From: an uncultured Bacteroidales bacterium
GTDB lineage: Bacteria > Bacteroidota > Bacteroidia > Bacteroidales > UBA3663
Assembly: GCA_946631995.1 (NCBI GenBank)
Contig: CAMPAQ010000013.1
Location: forward strand, 1,072-65,071
Direction of reading: 5' to 3'
DNA: 64,000 bases
The notes under the pieces are model-generated. The model did no database searches and was not told the origin of the DNA. It saw only the letters and a program-made list of their open reading frames with translations. Position numbers and translations under genes: made by a program. Positions 8,645 to 14,760 of the stretch are shown piece after piece (position 1 is the stretch's first letter; each line of letters starts with the position of its first letter).

Positions 8645-8672
8645 GTAGAGACGTTTCATGAAACGTCTCTAC
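8645..8672. repeat. Family A perfect 28-bp palindrome GTAGAGACGTTTCATGAAACGTCTCTAC
   Basis: Identical to 5062-5089. The ATG at 8658 used by the ORF track lies inside it. Confidence 0.9.
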
Positions 8673-8720
8673 GGCGGAACAGGAAAATTCACGAATAAAA
8701 CAATATCAATCATTTTTTCT

Positions 8721-9356
8721 ATGAAAAAGTCATTCTCATTCATCCTCGCCGCAACCGCGCTGCTCTTCGCATCGTGCGGCGGCAACAAGTCGAACAACGA
8801 GGCATCGGCCAACAACACCGCAGATGCCGCCAACGTCATTTCGGTCGATTCGCTGCTGGCATCGGCCGACAAACTCATCGACCAGAGCGTCACCATCGAG
8901 GGCGTCTGCACCCACACCTGCCGCCACGGCGCGACGAAAATCTTCGTGATGGGCAGCAACAACGACAACCTCATCCGCTGCGAGGCCGCCGCACTGGGCC
9001 GTTTCAGCAAGGAGTGCGTCCACAGTGTGGTGCGCGTCACCGGCATCGTGCGCGAAACCCGCATGGACGAGGCCTACCTGCAACGCTGGAAGTCGAACTA
9101 CGAACAGGCATTGGCCGAACAGCAGGCTCAGGCCGAAGAGGGTCTGCAATCCGGTGCCGAGGCCGACGAGAAGGTCGCTACTTCGGCCGGATGCGAGACC
9201 GAGAGCCGTGCGCGCGGCGAGAAGGGCAACACCGTCGATGACAAGATTGCCGCCTACCGCGAACAGATTGCTGCCCGCAAGGCCGCCGAGGGCAAGGATT
9301 ACCTCTCGTTCTACCACATCGAGACTACGGGTTATGAAATTGTACCAACAGAATAA
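8721..9356 (+). CDS. Lipoprotein with a Cys/His cluster (CTHTCRH .. C .. ECVH) and an Ala/Gln/Glu-rich C-terminal half; function unknown
   Basis: Lipobox MKKSFSFILAATALLFASC followed by GGNKSNNE (no acidic export-like signal). C-T-H-T-C-R-H is encoded at 8907-8927. I recognise no family. Confidence 0.6.
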   Translation: MKKSFSFILAATALLFASCGGNKSNNEASANNTADAANVISVDSLLASADKLIDQSVTIEGVCTHTCRHGATKIFVMGSNNDNLIRCEAAALGRFSKECVHSVVRVTGIVRETRMDEAYLQRWKSNYEQALAEQQAQAEEGLQSGAEADEKVATSAGCETESRARGEKGNTVDDKIAAYREQIAARKAAEGKDYLSFYHIETTGYEIVPTE

Positions 9357-9457
9357 CAGACCCTAACCCCAACCTCTGCCCCTCAGCTAAAGCTTCGTCT
9401 TCTCGCTGAAAGATTATCAATCTTTCCATTCGCTGCGAGGACCCCGTTATGTAGGGG
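9357..9457 (+). repeat. About 100-bp nested-hairpin element (family B, long form), forward copy
   Basis: It starts on the base after the TAA at 9354-9356. It contains gaaagatt-atc-aatctttc and flanking cgctg/cgagg arms. It aligns with the reverse complement of 5393-5491. Confidence 0.8.
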
Positions 9458-9527
9458 AAGGGAGTGGTTTGAAATCGTCTCACAAAACTCTGAAAATTTC
9501 AACAAATTGCTTAAAATCAGATTGTAT

Positions 9528-9575
9528 CCACTCCCCCTCCCTCTGTAACGGGAGGGGGTTCGGGGGGTGGGTCTC
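9528..9575 (-). repeat. GC-rich hairpin element (family B), inverted orientation
   Basis: cactccccctccctctgtaacgggagggggttcggggggtgggtctc. Its reverse complement begins gagacccacccccc.. . It ends 12 nt before the ATG at 9588. Confidence 0.7.
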
Positions 9576-9587
9576 TTCTTTAAAATT

Positions 9588-10478
9588 ATGAATTCCGTCA
9601 TTTCGTGTCAACATCTGACGCACTACTACGGCAAACGGAAAATCTACGAAGACCTCAACTTCGAGGTTCCAGAAGGCCGCATCCTCGGACTGTTGGGCAA
9701 GAACGGCACCGGCAAGACCACCACGATCAACATCCTGTCGGGCTACTTGAAACCACGTTCCGGCACGTGCCAGATCTTCGGCCAGGACATCCAGACGATG
9801 GATCCCGCCCTGCGCCGCCGCATCGGCCTGCTCATCGAGGGCCACGTGCAGTACCAGTTCATGAACATCGAACAGATCGAACGCTTCTACGCGAGTTTTT
9901 ATCCCGGCCAATGGCGCAAGGAGGCATACTACGAGCTGATGGCCAAGCTGAAGGTCGCCCCACGGCAGATGATTTCGCGCATGTCGTGCGGACAACGCAG
10001 CCAGGTCGCCCTCGGCCTCATCCTCGCCCAGAATCCCGACCTGCTCGTGCTCGACGACTTCAGCATCGGCCTCGACCCGGGCTACCGCCGCCTCTTTGTC
10101 GATTACCTGCGCGAGTTCGTCAAGGCCGAGCGCAAGACCGTCTTCCTCACCTCCCACATCATTCAGGACATGGAGCGGCTGGTCGATGACTGTATCATCA
10201 TGGACTACGGCCGCATCCTGACGCAACAGCCATTGGACACCCTGCTCGACACGCTGCACCGCTTCACCGCGCGCGTTCCCGAGGGCTACGATGTGGCCTT
10301 CTCCGATGCCGACCTGTTCCATCCGTCGGTCATCCGTGGCACGCTTGAACTCCATTCGTTCCTTTCGTCCGACGAGGTTTCGGCCCGGCTCACGGCCAAT
10401 GGCGTTCCATTCAGCGACCTGCACTGCGAATCGCTCAATCTGGAGGACGCCTTCATCGGACTGACAGGAAAATACTGA
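9588..10478 (+). CDS. ABC transporter ATP-binding protein (ABC-2/exporter type)
   Basis: Walker A GKNGTGKTT, signature-like MSCGQRSQV, Walker B LLVLDD, H-loop TSH. The start was set at the first ATG (MNSVISCQHL). Confidence 0.9.
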   Translation: MNSVISCQHLTHYYGKRKIYEDLNFEVPEGRILGLLGKNGTGKTTTINILSGYLKPRSGTCQIFGQDIQTMDPALRRRIGLLIEGHVQYQFMNIEQIERFYASFYPGQWRKEAYYELMAKLKVAPRQMISRMSCGQRSQVALGLILAQNPDLLVLDDFSIGLDPGYRRLFVDYLREFVKAERKTVFLTSHIIQDMERLVDDCIIMDYGRILTQQPLDTLLDTLHRFTARVPEGYDVAFSDADLFHPSVIRGTLELHSFLSSDEVSARLTANGVPFSDLHCESLNLEDAFIGLTGKY

Positions 10479-10503
10479 TTTCAAGCCGCTACGTGGCTTG
10501 AAA
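10479..10503 (+). other. 9-bp-stem hairpin immediately after the ABC ATPase stop codon
   Basis: tttcaagcc-gctacgt-ggcttgaaa. No T-run follows. Confidence 0.5.
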
Positions 10504-10515
10504 TCAAGGTAATAG

Positions 10516-10578
10516 TTATCAGTTATTAGTTATTAGATAACAGCTAATAGTTATCAGTTACGAGTTATTAGTTATCAG
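10516..10578 (+). repeat. Nine tandem heptads (TTATCAG/TTATTAG-like)
   Basis: TTATCAG TTATTAG TTATTAG ATAACAG CTAATAG TTATCAG TTACGAG TTATTAG TTATCAG, read directly. Confidence 0.85.
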
Positions 10579-10594
10579 CTTTGTCGCATCGGAC

Positions 10595-10622
10595 ATAATA
10601 ACTAATAACTAAAACCTAATAA
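10595..10622 (-). repeat. Four heptads of the same family in inverse orientation
   Basis: ATAATAA CTAATAA CTAAAAC CTAATAA (the reverse complement of TTATTAG-type units). It is separated from the forward array by the 16-bp spacer ctttgtcgcatcggac. Confidence 0.8.
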
Positions 10623-10645
10623 CTTTTTTTTCAACGAAAAAAACC

Positions 10646-11302
10646 ATGTTTTACAAAGAATATCTAAAAACGCGCTGGTACCTGCTGCTGATGCTGCTCA
10701 CCACATCGGGCTTTGCGGGCTACGGACTGCTGCGCCTGCATCGCGTTGCGGCAGTGAACGGCATCGGCCACGCATGGGAAGTGATGCTCATGCACGACGT
10801 CGTCTTCATCGACCTGCTGGAGTACGTGCCGGTCATCTGCGGACTGGTGCTGGCCCTGATGCAGTTCGTACCCGAGATGTACCACAAATGTCTGAAACTC
10901 ACGCTTCACCTGCCCGTGTCGCACCTCAAGGCCGTCAACCAGATGCTGCTATGGGGCGTGGCCGCAACCGTTGCGTGCGCCGTCGTCAACTACGCGATTC
11001 TGTGGGGCTACATGAGCCAGGTCTTGGCCAATGAGCTGTGGAGCCGCATCCTCTGGACCGCCCTGCCGTGGTATCTGGCCGGACTCGCCGCCTACCTGCT
11101 CGGCGCGTGGATCATCCTCGAACCGGCATGGCGCCGCCGCATCGTCAACATCGTGGTGGCCGTCCTCGTGCTCAAGGTCTATTTCGTGAGCGAACAGCCG
11201 ATGGCCTACTTCGGTTTCCTGCCGTGGCTCGCGCTCTACACCATCGCACTCCTCTCGTTCAGCTGGATCAGCATCAGCCGGTTCAAGGAGGGCAAGGAAT
11301 GA
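10646..11302 (+). CDS. Polytopic membrane protein, probable permease partner of the ABC ATPase
   Basis: ATG start, 218 aa, about 6 hydrophobic segments (..WYLLLMLLTTSGFAGYGLL.., ..VPVICGLVLALMQFV.., ..LLWGVAATVACAVVNYAILWGY.., ..LPWYLAGLAAYLLGAWIIL.., ..IVNIVVAVLVLKVYF.., ..LPWLALYTIALLSFSWI..). No family was recognised. Confidence 0.6.
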   Translation: MFYKEYLKTRWYLLLMLLTTSGFAGYGLLRLHRVAAVNGIGHAWEVMLMHDVVFIDLLEYVPVICGLVLALMQFVPEMYHKCLKLTLHLPVSHLKAVNQMLLWGVAATVACAVVNYAILWGYMSQVLANELWSRILWTALPWYLAGLAAYLLGAWIILEPAWRRRIVNIVVAVLVLKVYFVSEQPMAYFGFLPWLALYTIALLSFSWISISRFKEGKE

Positions 11303-11316
11303 AATGAAAAAAATGT

Positions 11317-11347
11317 GACCCCCCTCCAACTCCCCCAAGGGGGAGGG
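11317..11347 (+). repeat. GC-rich hairpin element (family B), + orientation
   Basis: gacccccctccaactcccccaagggggaggg, 15 nt after the stop at 11302. Confidence 0.75.
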
Positions 11348-11410
11348 ATTAATCCTTAGAAACGAGGGGTATTATTGTAAATAACATTATAACTAATTCA
11401 TACTTCCAAT

Positions 11411-11441
11411 CACCTCCCCTCGGGGAGGTCGGGAGGGGGTC
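11411..11441 (-). repeat. GC-rich hairpin element (family B), inverted orientation
   Basis: cacctcccctcggggaggtcgggagggggtc. Its reverse complement gaccccctcccgacctccccgaggggaggtg is almost identical to 5001-5031. It ends 14 nt before the ATG at 11456. Confidence 0.85.
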
Positions 11442-11455
11442 GATTTTATTTGATT

Positions 11456-12484
11456 ATGAAAAAATTTGCCAATATCCTATTGTGCCTCACCGTCGTGCTG
11501 CTGCTCGTGTGGCAGTTGCCGTGGCTCATCAACTTCGTGAGCACGCCGTCGGGACATTCACCGTTCACGCTCTACAGCTCGTTGGCCGATGACTTCATCT
11601 ACAACGACATGGGCGACGACAAGAAACTGCGCCGCTTCGGCACCAGCGGCCGCGAATACACCGAGGCCGAGACCGACTCGCTCCTCCCCTTCTTCTACAT
11701 GCGCCAGCTTGTGGCCGACGGCCGTTTCCCCGACACCATCATGGGCCGCGCCGTCACGCCCCACGAAGTGCAGCAGAGCAACCTCATCGAACGCTTCAAT
11801 CCGCGCGACGTCAACACCCGTGGCATCGAGCTCTATCCGCTGCTCGAAAGCATGCCGAAGCGCGTCGAACTCGCGATGCCCGACGACATGTTCCGCATCA
11901 CGGCCGATGGCATCGAATTCGTCCGCATGGAGAGCAACGACGTTGACCGCGAAAAGAGCGAGCGTTTCACCAAGGCATTGGCCGACAAGGGCTTCCACTT
12001 CCCCGCTACGCGAGTTTCGGGCAATCCGTCGCCCCGCAAGTCGTACGACGAGGGCTACCTCCTGCTCGATGCCGACCACCGTCTGTTCCAGCTCAAGCGT
12101 TGCGCCAACCGTCCGTTCGTCAAGCAGTTCGACGTGGCCGACAGCATCCGCCTCGAGCACATCTTCATCTGCGAACCGAGCGGCCGCCAGCTACGCGGAT
12201 TTGCCACCGACGACGCCCATCGTCTCTACGTCATCACGGCCGACTACCGCCTCGCCCCAACCGCCGTCGAGCACTTCGACCCGACCCGCGAGCGGATGCT
12301 CATCATCGGCAATATGATCGACTGGACGGTCTCTGTCACGGGCGACGATGCCGTCCGCTACTACGCGATTTCGGCCGACGACTACAGCCTCATCCGTAGC
12401 TTCGACCGCCCGCTGGACAGCAGTTCCGTGCCCGGCCTTCACTTCACGTCGGCCAACGACAACTACTGCTACCCGAGGTTCTGA
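11456..12484 (+). CDS. N-terminally membrane-anchored protein, DUF4857-like
   Basis: MKKFANILLCLTVVLLLVWQLPWL is a single TM anchor, followed by a soluble domain (..SLLPFFYMRQLVADGRFPD..). It follows the ABC ATPase and permease. The DUF4857 name is from memory. Confidence 0.55.
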   Translation: MKKFANILLCLTVVLLLVWQLPWLINFVSTPSGHSPFTLYSSLADDFIYNDMGDDKKLRRFGTSGREYTEAETDSLLPFFYMRQLVADGRFPDTIMGRAVTPHEVQQSNLIERFNPRDVNTRGIELYPLLESMPKRVELAMPDDMFRITADGIEFVRMESNDVDREKSERFTKALADKGFHFPATRVSGNPSPRKSYDEGYLLLDADHRLFQLKRCANRPFVKQFDVADSIRLEHIFICEPSGRQLRGFATDDAHRLYVITADYRLAPTAVEHFDPTRERMLIIGNMIDWTVSVTGDDAVRYYAISADDYSLIRSFDRPLDSSSVPGLHFTSANDNYCYPRF

Positions 12485-12524
12485 CGGCGTGAGCCATTGG
12501 CCATAGCCACGAAAATGAATCATG

Positions 12525-12566
12525 GAGACAGATGCCAACCATTGGCGTCTGTCTCTCGCGTTTTTA
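12525..12566 (+). terminator. Rho-independent terminator
   Basis: gagacagatgccaa-cca-ttggcgtctgtctc (14-bp stem with one G-U pair), followed by tcgcgttttta. Confidence 0.7.
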
Positions 12567-12967
12567 TGCCGCACTTGCAACATGCGCCTTCCAATTCACA
12601 TAAGCAGCAACGTCAAAATCGACGCATGAAAATGAAAAAAATGTGGGAAATCCCCCATTCCCATAAAAAAACGACACATTTGCATCGCAAACCGCATTCA
12701 ATCAATCAAGAATGCAAGCCTTATCTGAAAAACAACAAAGCAAATCCTTCTGAAAATTTGCCTTGTAAGACACAAGATACAAACCTTTTTCACAAAAGAT
12801 TACTTATTTCATGCCGTAAACGTGATTGATTACACGAAAGACGAAACAGGGAAAGTCATCTACAAGATTTTTGATCCAGTTAAAGGTTTCTGTGACTATA
12901 ACATTGTTCCATACACTGATAAATAGAGGATATGCAATTATCCCCAAAAAATAAAACAATAATACTT

Positions 12968-14068
12968 ATGAAACAAATTCTTACAATTACATTTTTTCTC
13001 TGTGCTTTACTTAGCAATGCACAAATTAGTGTCAATTCAAATCAATTAAACGGAACAAGATATAAACTTTTTTATCCAACGGAATCATACCGAACCGAAG
13101 AGATTGAATGGGCGGATAGTGCATTTTTTATAAAACAATATTATATGCCAGACATATTTGTGCATAATATTGCATCTTTTACAATAAAAAGGCCATACTA
13201 TCTTTCCGATTCAATTCCAGCGGCATTTGACCACACAAAAGTAGGTTCTTCAACTTCTGGAAAATATCTTTTACTGTTCAACAAAAAATCGCAAACAATA
13301 ACTTATTACACAATTGCCGCATTTGATGAGGCTACAATAAGTCTGTTCTACAAAATGCCAGATAAGGACAAAAAAGTAGATGCAAGTGATTGGGAAAAAA
13401 ACTACATCAAAATTTCGCAATGTGCCCCTATAGAAGTGCAAAATGATGCGGTAAAATGTCGCTTAAATGCGAATGACCATACAGCACAAATCTTCGATTT
13501 TGGAGAATATGAACTGGAATTAGATGATAACAAAATTGATTCTCCTTCGACTTTCACATTCGAAGGAGAATCATATACCATCACTTCCGTTGCGGACTCT
13601 GCTTTTGCTGGTTGCACACAATTAGTTAGAGCAAAGTTACCAAATGGGGTTACGAAAATTGGCAAGTATGCATTTCGAGGGTGCAAGAATTTGGTGTCGG
13701 CCACCATGCAGGAGGGCATTCCATACATCGATACCGGCATGTTTGTCGATTGTGAAAAACTGACATCGGTTTCGATTCCGGAGAGTGCCACGCATATTTG
13801 GTCGCTGGCATTCGACGGTTGCAAGAGTCTGACCGAAATCACTTTGCCGTCGGGCCTCACCAAAATGGAAGGTGGCGTTTTCCGTGGTTGCACATCGCTA
13901 AAGACCATCACCAACCTTGCCACGACGCCACCAGAGTTGCGCGCCGACGGCACGACATTCAATGGCTTTGACCGTTCGCAATGCACCTTGATTGTGCCCA
14001 AAGGCTGTGCCGCGAAATACCGAGCGGCCGACGGCTGGAAAGAGTTCAAGAAAATCGTTGAAAAATAA
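12968..14068 (+). CDS. Secreted leucine-rich-repeat protein (BspA-like LRR)
   Basis: - Signal peptide MKQILTITFFLCALLSNAQ.
- The C-terminal half has about 23-aa repeats: ..SVADSAFAGCTQLVRAKLPNGVTKIGKYAFRGCKNLVSATMQEGIPYIDTGMFVDCEKLTSVSIPESATHIWSLAFDGCKSLTEITLPSGLTKMEGGVFRGCTSLKTI..
- An alternative ATG lies at 12932. Confidence 0.8.
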   Translation: MKQILTITFFLCALLSNAQISVNSNQLNGTRYKLFYPTESYRTEEIEWADSAFFIKQYYMPDIFVHNIASFTIKRPYYLSDSIPAAFDHTKVGSSTSGKYLLLFNKKSQTITYYTIAAFDEATISLFYKMPDKDKKVDASDWEKNYIKISQCAPIEVQNDAVKCRLNANDHTAQIFDFGEYELELDDNKIDSPSTFTFEGESYTITSVADSAFAGCTQLVRAKLPNGVTKIGKYAFRGCKNLVSATMQEGIPYIDTGMFVDCEKLTSVSIPESATHIWSLAFDGCKSLTEITLPSGLTKMEGGVFRGCTSLKTITNLATTPPELRADGTTFNGFDRSQCTLIVPKGCAAKYRAADGWKEFKKIVEK

Positions 14069-14075
14069 ATGCGGA

Positions 14076-14169
14076 CAAGGAACTGAAAATCGGAGAGCGG
14101 CTCGTCTGCAAACGATGAATATCAGCGCCCTTCAATCACATTTACATTGTATCTAAATATCAAAAAAAA
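14076..14169 (+). repeat. Relic 3' end plus intergenic spacer of the 591-bp tandem unit (copy 0, truncated)
   Basis: caaggaactgaaaatcggagagcggctcgtctgcaaacgatgaatatcagcgcccttcaatcacatttacattgtatctaaatatcaaaaaaaa matches 14667-14760 with one mismatch. It encodes ..KELKIGERLVCKR*, the C-terminus of the paralogues. Confidence 0.9.
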
Positions 14170-14709
14170 ATGAAACAAATCGCTATAACTCTGTTGCTTT
14201 GTCTGTTTTGCCAATATTCTTTTGCACAAAAGGTTACTGGCCGATGGCACAGCTCCAAAGAGGTCACGGAACAGGTCAAAATGGGATATGATCGTTTGTC
14301 GTGTAGTTATAAGTTCAAGAAGAGCGGCAAACTGATTATCAAGATTGAGGGAGAAGAGACATTTGACCACAGCATGAACCATATTGACCAAAACTATGTT
14401 CGCCGTGGCATCATCAGAATAAAAGGCACCTATTCGATTCATGATGGCAAAATTACGTCTGTAGTCAAGGAGGATGGAATTGAATGCTATGCGACCGAAT
14501 ATACTCCGCCAGTAGAAGAAAACAACGTCAATACGGCATCTGTCTTTGCAGGACGAGACTGGAGAGCTGCCAATTATCAGGACACATATCCAGTTATCTT
14601 GCGTGCGAAACTGCGGGATTACAGTTTTCTGTGGAACTGGGACGAAGAACCATACACCGTAACCGGCAAGGAACTGAAAATCGGAGAGCGGCTTGTCTGC
14701 AAACGATGA
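14170..14709 (+). CDS. Small secreted protein, paralogue 1 (unknown family)
   Basis: Signal peptide MKQIAITLLLCLFCQYSFAQ. It shares its N-terminus (..K.TGRWH..) and last ~30 aa (..FLW.WDEEPYTVTGKELKIGERLVCKR) with 14761-15297. Confidence 0.7.
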   Translation: MKQIAITLLLCLFCQYSFAQKVTGRWHSSKEVTEQVKMGYDRLSCSYKFKKSGKLIIKIEGEETFDHSMNHIDQNYVRRGIIRIKGTYSIHDGKITSVVKEDGIECYATEYTPPVEENNVNTASVFAGRDWRAANYQDTYPVILRAKLRDYSFLWNWDEEPYTVTGKELKIGERLVCKR

Positions 14710-14760
14710 ATATCAGCGCCCTTCAATCACATTTACATTGTATCTAAATATCAAAAAAAA
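14667..14760 (+). repeat. 3' end plus spacer of the tandem unit (copy 1)
   Basis: See 14076-14169. The period is 591 bp (14170 to 14761). Confidence 0.9.

Noticed and set aside
5056-8672. Possibility that the repeated palindromes form a CRISPR array
   Set aside because: The repeats are of at least two sequence types, irregularly spaced (from 27 to more than 1500 bp), separated by full-length genes and themselves palindromic. No cas genes or leader are present.
9480-10484. 334-aa minus-strand ORF opposite the ABC ATPase, and 194-aa + strand frame-shifted ORF at 9605-10189
   Set aside because: The + frame starting at 9588 carries Walker A, Walker B, signature and H-loop. The alternatives are shadow ORFs.
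12497-12926. 110-aa ORF (12497-12829, +), and an ATG-less open frame ending at 12926 that reads ..FHAVNVIDYTKDETGKVIYKIFDPVKGFCDYNIVPYTDK*
   Set aside because: The first starts inside the terminator hairpin of the upstream gene and is Lys/His/Asn-rich AT-driven sequence. The second has no start codon. It might be a pseudogene remnant, but I cannot support that without a homology search.
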